Source: Candidatus Micrarchaeota archaeon
Lineage (GTDB): Archaea > Micrarchaeota > Micrarchaeia > Micrarchaeales > CABMGC01
Assembly: GCA_028867335.1 (NCBI GenBank)
Contig: JAGWGN010000003.1
Location: forward strand, 1 to 62,553
DNA length: 62,553 bases
Direction: 5' to 3'
Of the stretch, positions 25,194 to 34,101 are shown in pieces. The notes beneath the pieces were generated by a model. That model made no database searches, was not told the DNA's origin, and was given only the letters and a program-made list of their open reading frames with translations. Both the position numbers and the translations under genes were made by a program. Within the stretch, counting starts at the first letter, position 1. Each line of letters opens with the position of its first letter.

Positions 25194-26636
25194 TCAGTGG
25201 GCGTAGAACCACGGGAGTATCAGGATCAGTATCGAGACCACCGCTATTGCCGCGATGTATCTGAGCACCTTCTTGTTTTTTACCTTGAGCTGGTAGATCT
25301 GCCATCCGTCAAAGCTTGGAATCGGGAGCAGGTTAAGCGCGCCGACCAGGAAATTGAGCAGGAAGGAGAGTGAGAAAAGGGTGTAGAAAAAGTAGATAAT
25401 GTTGCTTGCCAAATTTGGTTTAGGTCCTGTGAGTTGCGCGATATCAACCCCTATCTTGCCTGCGGCATTTGAGGTCAGGGAATAGCTTCCCTTGTCGGTG
25501 ACCAAGGTTGTCAGTTCAAATGGCTGTGAGGAAGTGGCATTTGTGAAACTGCTGAAGTTTTGGATTGGATGCCCGTTCCACTGCAGTATTTGTGACCCGG
25601 CTGGAATAATCCCGAATGCAGGGGAATTTGGAACGACTGCCGAGATTATTATCTTGGTCGTAAGTGCATTAGGAAGCAGATAGGTTACCAAAAGTATCAG
25701 AAGCACAAAAAAGATTATTGAGAATAGCAGGTTTGCTGCTATCCCCCCAACAAGTATTCTGATTTGCTTCTCGGGCTTGAGCTTTTTTACATGTCGCATT
25801 TCAGGCTCAACGAATGCGCCAATTGGGATAAATCCCAGGACCAAAAGTCCTATCTGCTTGATTTTCACCTTCGCGACCCGCGCCAGTATGCCATGAGAAA
25901 ACTCATGAACTATGAGAAGTATTGCAAGTGTCGCAAGCCCGGCAAGGAGAGGGATTGTGATCCCTGGGATCAGCGGAGCGACTCCGGGAGTCTGCGAGGA
26001 GATTGCCGTGTAGTTTGGTGCGCCCGAGATTAGGCTGTAGAGGAAAATTGCGAGGCCATATAGGATTCCCAACGCGGCATAGAGGATGGTCAGGAGCACA
26101 TAGAGCCCAAAACCACCGATGAATACAACTCCCAGCCAAATATAGGATGCTATCATCCCAAGAGGGGTGGATGGAGCCGCCTGAGCGGAGCTTGCAGACT
26201 GGGTTATCTGAGGGATGCTTATGAACTGGAAGGCGATTGCGGAGTAGGGCAAAATTATTCCAATCATGACAAAGAGAGAGATTATTCCGACAACCAGGGT
26301 CTTTATCCCGAACTGCTTTCTGAAGATGAAATATGAGAGGATCCCGAAGCTCATCACCGTCCCCCAATCAGCCAGCGCTATCCAGAATCTGGGATTGAGT
26401 TTCGTGATGTCATCGATCAGCTTGGAGCCGGATTTTGTGCCGAGCAGAAAGGCGCCGAAGAGGTGCTTGAACTTATTCACCTGGACAAGTATGGCGCTGA
26501 GTACAAAGAGCATTATCACAGCAATCACTGCGCGGGTGACCACCGAGACCGTGCTCAATGTGATGAGATAGTAGAAGATTGACAGTCCCACAATTAGGGA
26601 AATTGCGCTTATGATGGCTCTGTTTTCCTTCTCCAT
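25194..26636 (-). CDS. Site-2 protease (M50) with PDZ domain
   Basis: HEFSH, GAFVEP, NLLPIPSFDG; start trimmed to MEKEN. Confidence 0.9.
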   Translation of the reverse strand: MEKENRAIISAISLIVGLSIFYYLITLSTVSVVTRAVIAVIMLFVLSAILVQVNKFKHLFGAFLLGTKSGSKLIDDITKLNPRFWIALADWGTVMSFGILSYFIFRKQFGIKTLVVGIISLFVMIGIILPYSAIAFQFISIPQITQSASSAQAAPSTPLGMIASYIWLGVVFIGGFGLYVLLTILYAALGILYGLAIFLYSLISGAPNYTAISSQTPGVAPLIPGITIPLLAGLATLAILLIVHEFSHGILARVAKVKIKQIGLLVLGFIPIGAFVEPEMRHVKKLKPEKQIRILVGGIAANLLFSIIFFVLLILLVTYLLPNALTTKIIISAVVPNSPAFGIIPAGSQILQWNGHPIQNFSSFTNATSSQPFELTTLVTDKGSYSLTSNAAGKIGVDIAQLTGPKPNLASNIIYFFYTLFSLSFLLNFLVGALNLLPIPSFDGWQIYQLKVKNKKVLRYIAAIAVVSILILILPWFYAH

Positions 26637-26703
26637 AGTAACCAGTGACGAATTGTATAAACTGATTATATTACTTTCTAGCCTAAGTATAAAAGGGGTT
26701 AAG

Positions 26704-27171
26704 ATGGAAACTTGCGAGATTTGCGGGAAGGCGACGGACAAGATATTTTTTGCTAGGATTGAGGAGGCTAACATGTGGGTCTGCACCTCCTGCTCGCGCG
26801 GGAAGAAGATACTTAAGAGCGTGGACCTCTCGGAAAAGAAGAAGGCGATGAGCTTCTCCAAGGAGAAGGAGGAAGAGGAGATAGTCGAGCACTTCGGCGA
26901 GAGGATACGCAAGGCAAGGGAGACCCTCGGGCTGCCGCTGAGCGTTCTTGCGGAGCGGATCAGCGAGAAGGAGAGCACGCTTGACAGGATCGAGAAGGAG
27001 AAGGGGCTGCCGACAGAGACTCTCAGAAAGAAACTCGAGAAGGAGCTTGGAATCAAGCTCTCGATCAAGAGCATGGGGAGCGACTACTCAGGCGGGTACG
27101 GGAAGAAGGAGCCGCTGACCCTTGGGGACGCAGCGTTCACGAAGCTTGCAAAGAAGGACGAAGGTGAGTAG
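26704..27171 (+). CDS. mbf1: Archaeal multiprotein bridging factor 1
   Basis: CEICG...VCTSC zinc ribbon, HTH (IRKARE...LAERI), TLGD motif. Confidence 0.9.
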   Translation: METCEICGKATDKIFFARIEEANMWVCTSCSRGKKILKSVDLSEKKKAMSFSKEKEEEEIVEHFGERIRKARETLGLPLSVLAERISEKESTLDRIEKEKGLPTETLRKKLEKELGIKLSIKSMGSDYSGGYGKKEPLTLGDAAFTKLAKKDEGE

Positions 27172-28230
27172 TTGGCAGTAGAACTGGGGAAGCTTGTCGC
27201 TGAGGTAAAGGAGAATATATCGCTCAGCGAGCTCGCAGGCAAGAGGATTGGAATTGACGCCTATAACACGATCTACCAGTTCATCTCGATAATAAGGGGA
27301 CCTGACGGATCCCCGCTCACAGACTCTAAAGGGAGAGTGACGAGCCATCTCTCCGGGCTGTTCTATAGGACCACGAACCTGCTTGAGCAGGGAGTGATAC
27401 CGATCTTCGTGTTTGACGGGAAGCCGCCGGTTCTCAAGCAGCGCACCCTTGAGGCAAGGGCAAATAGGAGAGAGGAGGCGCTTGCCGAGTGGGAGAAGGC
27501 GAAGGCAAAGGGCCAGGTGGAGGAGGCAAGGGGATACGCGGTTGCAAGCAGCAGGATTAACAAGTGGATAGTGGACAGCTCAAAGGAGCTGCTCACGCAC
27601 ATGGGGGTGCCGTACATCCAGGCGCCAAGCGAGGGGGAGGCGCAGGCGGCGAGGATGGTGAGGGATGGAGTATCATATGCTGCCGCAAGCCAGGACTATG
27701 ACCTCTTCCTTTTCGGCGCAGAGGTGATAATAAGAAACGTCACCATAACCGGAAAGCGCAAGCTCCCTGGAAAGAGCATCTACATAGATGTCGAGCCCGA
27801 GAGGATCTTCCTAAAAAAGTTCCTTGAGAAGATGGGGCTGAGCAGAAAGGAGCTGGTCTTGATGGGAATGCTGATAGGCACGGACTTCAACGAGGGGGTG
27901 AAGGGGGTCGGACCGAAGAACGCGCTCAAGATAGTGAAGGAGCACAAGAACCTCAAAGCAATCGAGGAGTATGTCAAACAGAGATATGATTACGAGTTCG
28001 AGGTAGATCCGCAGGAGGTAGAAAAGATATTCCTTGAGCCCGACACGATAGAGATAACCGCGGCCGCGCTTGACGAGAAGATCAGAAGCGCAGTGCCTGA
28101 CAAGGGAGCGATAATGAAATTCATGTGCGATGAGCACGAGTTTTCAGTCGACAGGATAACCAGGTCGGCGGACAGGCTCATGGCGCTCAAGCACAGCTCG
28201 GGACAAAAAGGCATAAATAGCTGGCTATGA
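27172..28230 (+). CDS. fen: Flap endonuclease 1
   Basis: IDAYN.IYQF, TSHLSG, EGEAQAA, SQDYD, GTDFN, C-terminal PIP-like QKGINSWL. Confidence 0.95.
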   Translation: MAVELGKLVAEVKENISLSELAGKRIGIDAYNTIYQFISIIRGPDGSPLTDSKGRVTSHLSGLFYRTTNLLEQGVIPIFVFDGKPPVLKQRTLEARANRREEALAEWEKAKAKGQVEEARGYAVASSRINKWIVDSSKELLTHMGVPYIQAPSEGEAQAARMVRDGVSYAAASQDYDLFLFGAEVIIRNVTITGKRKLPGKSIYIDVEPERIFLKKFLEKMGLSRKELVLMGMLIGTDFNEGVKGVGPKNALKIVKEHKNLKAIEEYVKQRYDYEFEVDPQEVEKIFLEPDTIEITAAALDEKIRSAVPDKGAIMKFMCDEHEFSVDRITRSADRLMALKHSSGQKGINSWL

Positions 28231-28240
28231 GAATCTGCTC

Positions 28241-28759
28241 ATGGCGAAAAAGAAGATCGACGATCCTATTGCTTACCTAAACAACTTCTTCACAAGCGAC
28301 GAGAACATGAAGAACCTCTTCAACGCGCTAGTCAGGGAACTCATAGAAAGCATGGAGGAGCAGAGCAACAAGGCGCCGGTCACGTACGGGATAAACTTCA
28401 CGGTCAAGAACGGAGAGGCTTCAGTCAACCAGATCGGAGCGCCAAGGCCATCGGGGGGCACGGAGCTGCAGGAGGAGAGGGAACCGCTTGTGGACGTGAT
28501 TGGCGATGAGAAGAGGATAACAGTCATCGCAGAAGTCCCTGGGGTCGACAAGTCTGAGATAAAGCTCAGGTACGAGCCTTCCATACTTGAGATATACGCG
28601 AAGGGGAGGGACATCAACAGGAACTACTTCAAGCGCGTGAATCTACCATACCACATGGCAACAGGGACAATCAGGGCAAATTACACCAACGGTGTGCTGG
28701 AAGTCACGATGAAGAAAGGGAATAAGAAGGTTAACGCAGATAGTATTACAATCGAATAG
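28241..28759 (+). CDS. Small heat shock protein (Hsp20)
   Basis: EPLVDV...AEVPGV...ANYTNGVLEV. Confidence 0.88.
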   Translation: MAKKKIDDPIAYLNNFFTSDENMKNLFNALVRELIESMEEQSNKAPVTYGINFTVKNGEASVNQIGAPRPSGGTELQEEREPLVDVIGDEKRITVIAEVPGVDKSEIKLRYEPSILEIYAKGRDINRNYFKRVNLPYHMATGTIRANYTNGVLEVTMKKGNKKVNADSITIE

Positions 28760-28767
28760 GTTTTGCA

Positions 28768-28887
28768 ATGCAGATCAACGTAAAAAAGAAGCAGAGAAAG
28801 ATTGGTAAGAACTACAGGAGCAGAAAGGCTCACAGGCTCAAGGCGAAGGCAAGGAAGAGGCTCAAGGCCACAAGGAAGAGAAAGTAA
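28768..28887 (+). CDS. Putative 39-aa highly basic microprotein
   Basis: MQINVKKKQRKIGKNYRSRKAHRLKAKARKRLKATRKRK; AGGT upstream; fills the intergenic gap. Confidence 0.6.
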   Translation: MQINVKKKQRKIGKNYRSRKAHRLKAKARKRLKATRKRK

Positions 28888-29472
28888 TCAGACAAGGTCA
28901 TTGTACATCTTGTCGTTGAACTCGTAGGCCGTGACGTCCTCCCCTGAAAGGGATAGGCCCTCGAGCAGCTTCTCGATGCTGTCGAATCCTCCAAACCCCT
29001 TGTCCATGTCAAATGCGACTATCTTTCCCAAGAACTCCGAGTAGACTATGAACCTCCTCTCATTCGGCTTTATCACGGTTATAACCTTGGCGGTGACATT
29101 GCCAAGCGCGATCAGCATGCTGCACAGAAGAGTCGCCTGGTCGAATATGTCTCCAGCACCCGATTTTATCGTATCGGTTGGGGTAAGCCAGAACTCGATC
29201 GGAAGGCTAACAGTTGAGACCTCATTCTTTACATACTCATATGCAAGCTTCGCGGCCTCAATGTAGTCATTTGGGAAGGAATAGTCGCTGAAGGCATTCT
29301 TTATGCGGTTGGAGACCGCTATGACGCTCTGGTCTGTTGGGAGGATCAGCTTGGGGAGCTCTGCGACGTTTAGGTTCTCCTTCTCCTCAATGTAGTCCTT
29401 GTAGCGCAGTATTATCGCTAGATACAGCTGGTTATACTTCTTGAGCAATTCTGCTTCTTGTGGTGTCTCCAT
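28888..29472 (-). CDS. Transglutaminase-like fold protein (catalytic Cys absent)
   Basis: AYEYVKNEV, FWLTPTDTI, GDIFDQATLLCSML. Confidence 0.6.
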   Translation of the reverse strand: METPQEAELLKKYNQLYLAIILRYKDYIEEKENLNVAELPKLILPTDQSVIAVSNRIKNAFSDYSFPNDYIEAAKLAYEYVKNEVSTVSLPIEFWLTPTDTIKSGAGDIFDQATLLCSMLIALGNVTAKVITVIKPNERRFIVYSEFLGKIVAFDMDKGFGGFDSIEKLLEGLSLSGEDVTAYEFNDKMYNDLV

Positions 29473-29550
29473 CAAAACGCTCGATGAGTTAAGTTTAAAT
29501 ATTAAACCGATTTTATATAGCTTAGAAAGAGATAATAGCATATTGTTCTG

Positions 29551-30528
29551 TTGATTCTAGGAATGCTGCTTTCAGAAATTTGTGACGATGAGAGTATGGC
29601 AGAATGCTTTGAGAAAATACCTGGAGAAGTTTGGGTCGGATGCGGGGATAGGAGAATAAATGAGGAATTGGATAGGTTGGCAGACGAAGAACATAAGTCT
29701 CACATGGTAGACATATTCACGCCAAGGAATGCTGCGGGAAACATTAAAAGTCTACCAAAAACAATTGAAAGACATATAAGGGAAAATCTGAAAGAAGACG
29801 GAACTTGTAATATCCAGAAGCTAAAGATAATAGGACACACGAAATGCGGTGCTTTAGACATCGTGTTCGACGTCTTGACGGGAAAAATGCAGGTAGACAT
29901 ACAGCTTAGAGAGGTCCTGATTAACCAGTATAAGGACTTCAAGGTTAATCTGGAGTTAAGCAGAGAAGAAAACTTGAGGGTACTAGAGAAGTTTCACCTT
30001 GAAAAACAGGAAGAAAATGCTCGGCAATTGCTTGATTATATCCAAACCAAGACGGGGATAAATACGAGTGGAATAATAATTGAGAGTATGCTTATCGATA
30101 CTGATGCCGTCGATAAGACCGAATCCCAGCCGGATTATAAAAACATGAGGTATGTGGTGGTGGTTGATACACCGCTGAAAAATAAAAAGTTTACTGGAGT
30201 TGTGGACCAGATTAGAAATACGGACAGATGTTGCAACAAATACACAACATATTTTTTCAATGTGGATCCGGAGGATTGCGCCACGGGATTGCAGATATTT
30301 GCCAGGCTAGGTGCTGAAAAGTTCTACGTTTCCTATGAAGAAAAGATAGATAATGCCAGAAAAGATGGCCTTAGTGTGGAGATGCTCCAAAGGGTCATGC
30401 AAGTTAGGAGTTCTGTATCACAAGTAAACAAGGACTCACAGGTAATACCGATTAAGACTGAGGGTTTGCACGAAAGCAATTTGCAATCATACAGAATCAG
30501 CTCTGCAATTAAGACCAAAGTGCACTAA
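29551..30528 (+). CDS. Beta-carbonic anhydrase-like protein with C-terminal extension
   Basis: WVGCGDRR (CxDxR), RNAAG, IIGHTKCGA (HxxC); start uncertain. Confidence 0.65.
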   Translation: MILGMLLSEICDDESMAECFEKIPGEVWVGCGDRRINEELDRLADEEHKSHMVDIFTPRNAAGNIKSLPKTIERHIRENLKEDGTCNIQKLKIIGHTKCGALDIVFDVLTGKMQVDIQLREVLINQYKDFKVNLELSREENLRVLEKFHLEKQEENARQLLDYIQTKTGINTSGIIIESMLIDTDAVDKTESQPDYKNMRYVVVVDTPLKNKKFTGVVDQIRNTDRCCNKYTTYFFNVDPEDCATGLQIFARLGAEKFYVSYEEKIDNARKDGLSVEMLQRVMQVRSSVSQVNKDSQVIPIKTEGLHESNLQSYRISSAIKTKVH

Positions 30529-30538
30529 GAGCATCAAA

Positions 30539-31060
30539 TCATTTGGACAGGGCCAACCCGGCCTTAAGAATTCCGAGCACAAGAGCGTATGGGGTGGGAG
30601 GGTTTCCAGGGACTCTTATAGCTACTGGCACCACTTCTTCTACTCTGCCGCTTTTGTACACTGCGCTGCTTTTTGAAAATAGTCCTCCGCTTACAGCCCC
30701 GTCACCTGCAGCAACAACAGCCTTAGGAGAGGGCATGGCAGCATACGTCTTTTCCAAAGCTCGTTTCATGTTTACAGAAACTGGACCGCTTACGAGCAGA
30801 ACGTCTGCGTGCCGTGGTGAGGCTGTGAAGTGTACTCCGAACCTCTCGCAATCAACCTGAGGCGAATTTGCAAGTCCCTCCTCAATCTCCACATCGTTGG
30901 AAGAACCGCAGTCTATCATCCTTACGGTGATTGAACGAGCAAATGGTGAAAGCGAGCGCTTCTTGAGCAGCTCGGCGATTTCTCTTATGACTTTGGAGTC
31001 CGAATCCTTGGAGATTTTGTCCGTTTTTGGATTTTTCAACAATGCGTGGAATTCATTCAT
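30539..31060 (-). CDS. Ehr small subunit (NuoB/HyfI-like), Fe-S cysteines substituted
   Basis: ERFG, ASPRHADVLLVSGPV, PKAVVAAG, PGxPPTP. Confidence 0.85.
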   Translation of the reverse strand: MNEFHALLKNPKTDKISKDSDSKVIREIAELLKKRSLSPFARSITVRMIDCGSSNDVEIEEGLANSPQVDCERFGVHFTASPRHADVLLVSGPVSVNMKRALEKTYAAMPSPKAVVAAGDGAVSGGLFSKSSAVYKSGRVEEVVPVAIRVPGNPPTPYALVLGILKAGLALSK

Positions 31061-31069
31061 TCTATCACC

Positions 31070-32623
31070 CTACAAATCTGCCCCCGAATATGAGAGATTG
31101 AAGCTTTTATTTATCAGAGGGAAATCGGCAATTATATTGGATTTTACGGCTTTCTCGATCGCCCTCCAGTTGCGGAAGGAGGCGGTTCTGATAGAAAGTC
31201 TGGCAAGCCTTCCTTTTTTCCCAAATTGAACCACAAACGTGCATCCTCCTCGCGGGGCTTCACATACACCTATCCCGAAGCTGCCAGATGGAATTCCGGC
31301 CAACGCCTTATCTGTTTTTGTAGCGACTGGACCCGATGGAATTTCATTTATCTCGGATGAGATCAGTCTAATCGACTCTTTCATTTCGCCGAGTTTGACT
31401 GTAAAGCGGGCAAGGACATCTCCATCTGAGGCAATGACCTCCTTGAATTGGCGCCTCGCATATGCGCCGTATGGAAGATGCCTGCGGATATCGCAACTTA
31501 TTCCGCATGCGCGGGCGGCGGGCCCTACAAGTGCAAGCTCCTTGGCAGTCTGAGGAAATACTCTTCCGGTGGTAAAGACCCTGTCCAAAAATGTTGATGA
31601 GGTCATTGTAAGGCCCTCGACCTGAAGCAAGTATCTGGAAAATTTGGCCAAGGCAGCTTTTAATCCGCCGAGTTTCTCTGGTGCGATGTTCCTAGAAACT
31701 CCCCCTATGACAACCAGATCTCTGAGGAAGCGGTTCCCGAATGTCGTTTCGTTGAGGCGCATCATTTCCTCCCTCAGCAAAAGAAACTGAGAAGAGGAGG
31801 CATAGTAGCCTATGTCCATGGACATCCCTCCTAGATCTGCAAGATGATTGTAGATTCTTTCCATCTCCAGAAGGATAAGACGTAGCGATTCGGAACGGGA
31901 TGGCACCTTTATTCCACATGCGCTTTCTATGGACTGGGCGTACGCTACGGAATTCGAGACAGATTCGTCACCGGATATCTGCTCGATTAAGGGGAGGAGC
32001 GTGGCGGCTTCCTTGTTCTCTGCGAGCTTCTCTGTGCCCTTATGTAGATAGGATAGACGCACTTCCAGTTTGTTAATTTTTTCACCTATCACATGAAACC
32101 TGAAATGTCCCGGCTCTATTATCCCTGCGTGCACAGGGCCGACTGGGATCTGGAACTCACCCTCCGCGCCGGTGCCTGCAAAGTTGTATCCTGATGCTTT
32201 GGGGGTTTTTTGCCTCTTCACAAATTTGGCACTCTCCGGATGAATTAGTATAGGACGCTGGTCCTGAAGGCCGATAAACTTTTTGCCTGATCTCTCAAGC
32301 ATTTTCCTCTCGTCCCAAACAGACCCGGGGATTAATTCGGAGATGGAGTGAAAAACGCTAGAGTGCGCCCAGAAAATTAGCATCTTGCCAAACTTTGGCA
32401 TGCGGAAAAGATACGCAGCTGCCCATTCCCCCGAACTGGAATAGGGGTATGCGAAACCGGAATCGAAAACGCCGCCACGGGTGAGGCATTGTGAGCAGGC
32501 CTCAGGGATTGCTTTCGGATCAGTCTGGACCCAAACGGCGGACTTGGAATCGGCAACCCTGAGCTTTTTGAGTACCGGCTCTTTTGCGAGTTCCTCGATG
32601 AATTTTTTGAGTTTCGTATCCAT
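31070..32623 (-). CDS. Ehr large subunit (NuoC+NuoD/HycE-like), no NiFe ligands
   Basis: GPVHAGIIEPGHFRF, YLHKG, LEMERIYNH, EAPRG, IADFPLINKSFNLSYSG. Confidence 0.9.
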   Translation of the reverse strand: MDTKLKKFIEELAKEPVLKKLRVADSKSAVWVQTDPKAIPEACSQCLTRGGVFDSGFAYPYSSSGEWAAAYLFRMPKFGKMLIFWAHSSVFHSISELIPGSVWDERKMLERSGKKFIGLQDQRPILIHPESAKFVKRQKTPKASGYNFAGTGAEGEFQIPVGPVHAGIIEPGHFRFHVIGEKINKLEVRLSYLHKGTEKLAENKEAATLLPLIEQISGDESVSNSVAYAQSIESACGIKVPSRSESLRLILLEMERIYNHLADLGGMSMDIGYYASSSQFLLLREEMMRLNETTFGNRFLRDLVVIGGVSRNIAPEKLGGLKAALAKFSRYLLQVEGLTMTSSTFLDRVFTTGRVFPQTAKELALVGPAARACGISCDIRRHLPYGAYARRQFKEVIASDGDVLARFTVKLGEMKESIRLISSEINEIPSGPVATKTDKALAGIPSGSFGIGVCEAPRGGCTFVVQFGKKGRLARLSIRTASFRNWRAIEKAVKSNIIADFPLINKSFNLSYSGADL

Positions 32624-32625
32624 AG

Positions 32626-34092
32626 TTACACCTTTATTAGCACTGCGATTGCCGCGTTGACCAGATTAGCGATAAGTGTGGGGGCAAGCAGACCTAGAAC
32701 GATTGCTAGCGCAAAGAGGCCCCATACGCACGCTAGCGTAAGGGAGTCCGGGCGATACTTCTTGGGCTTTTGTAAAATCGGGCCGAAGGCCATCCTAGAG
32801 GACCTGAAAAGGAATGTCCCGAATGCGATGGTGGTGAAGACCACCAAAAGCAAGACCACCAGATAGTTGCCGGTCGCAAGTGCCGCTGCCACAAGAACAA
32901 TCTCGGAGATGAACGTACCGAATGGTATACTGCCTGCAAGTCCGATGTTGGCAAGCACAAACACCTTGCCTATCGCAGGCATCACTGAGGACACACCGGT
33001 TATCTTAGATATCTCCTTGGTGCCGTAGACCTGATTTAGTATCCCGCCCAAAAAGAAGGCAAGAGGCTTTGCTATTGAGTGCGAGACAACGTGAAATAGT
33101 GCCGCAAACAGACCCAATGGGCCGCCCACCCCCACCGCAAGGGCGATTATCCCCATGTTCTCTACGCTTGAATATGCAAGCAATCGCTTGTAGTTGGTCT
33201 GGGAGAACAGCCTAAGTGACGCAAGTATCAGCGAGATTGCGCCGAAAGTGAGAAACAGCAAAGAGCCAAAGGATGATGTGCCTACGCTGCCAAAGAGGAT
33301 CGGGTATGCCCTGAGTATCGCGTAGAATGCTGTAACGAGAAGCACTCCCGAGAGCAGTGCGCTAACCGGAGTTGGCGCCTGTCCATGCGCGTCTGGAAGC
33401 CACTCGTGGAGCGGGACCAGGCCCATCTTCGTGCCGTATCCGACAAAGATGAACGCGAAAGCAAGCTTGAGGTATATTGGCAGGATTTGGTGCGAGCTGG
33501 CAAGCACATTGCTGAAGCTGAAGTTCACTGGCAATCCAGCCTGCTGCAAGCCGTATCCCAAAATCATAAGGCCGACTAGTGCCAGAGTAATGCCAAGTGA
33601 GCATATCACAAAGTACTTCCATGCCGCCTCGACGGAATCCTTGGTGCCGTAAAAGCTGATTAGAAACACGGACGTGAGCGTCGTGGCTTCAAGTCCCGCC
33701 CAGATCATCAAAAAGTCCGAGGCTAGGGTCACGAGGATCATGCAGGAGAGGAATGCGAGCAGCAGCGCGTAGTAGCTCCAAACTCTCTCCTCCTTGAATA
33801 TTCCCTCCCTTATCTCTTCTCTGAGGTATCCTCGCGAGTATACTATGACAAACAGAGTGATGGCAGTAGTGACTAGGGTGAATAGGAAACCCAGGGAATC
33901 CAGGTAGAGGAAACCGAACAGACCACTAACTGGCTGGGTGGAAAGGCTGCCAGTCATTCCAGAGACCAAAAGGGAGATTAAGGATAGAAGTCCGCCCGCC
34001 ATGGCAAGCCCTTCGACGACCTGCAGGTTCTTGCGGAAGAGCAATATTGCTGCAACGAACATCAACGGAATCAAAAGTATTAGTTCAATCAT
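32626..34092 (-). CDS. HyfF-like proton-translocating membrane subunit
   Basis: LEATT, AAWKY, GTKMGLVPLHEWLPDAH, LLAYSSVENMG. Confidence 0.88.
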   Translation of the reverse strand: MIELILLIPLMFVAAILLFRKNLQVVEGLAMAGGLLSLISLLVSGMTGSLSTQPVSGLFGFLYLDSLGFLFTLVTTAITLFVIVYSRGYLREEIREGIFKEERVWSYYALLLAFLSCMILVTLASDFLMIWAGLEATTLTSVFLISFYGTKDSVEAAWKYFVICSLGITLALVGLMILGYGLQQAGLPVNFSFSNVLASSHQILPIYLKLAFAFIFVGYGTKMGLVPLHEWLPDAHGQAPTPVSALLSGVLLVTAFYAILRAYPILFGSVGTSSFGSLLFLTFGAISLILASLRLFSQTNYKRLLAYSSVENMGIIALAVGVGGPLGLFAALFHVVSHSIAKPLAFFLGGILNQVYGTKEISKITGVSSVMPAIGKVFVLANIGLAGSIPFGTFISEIVLVAAALATGNYLVVLLLVVFTTIAFGTFLFRSSRMAFGPILQKPKKYRPDSLTLACVWGLFALAIVLGLLAPTLIANLVNAAIAVLIKV

Positions 34093-34101
34093 AATATCAT
34101 C

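Noticed and set aside
26637-27074. N-terminal extension of the M50 protease in the ORF track
   Set aside because: It is the antisense shadow of mbf1; the real start is probably 26636.
31070-32623. Functional [NiFe] hydrogenase or formate hydrogenlyase
   Set aside because: Both Ni-binding CxxC motifs are absent and no maturation genes are present in the window.
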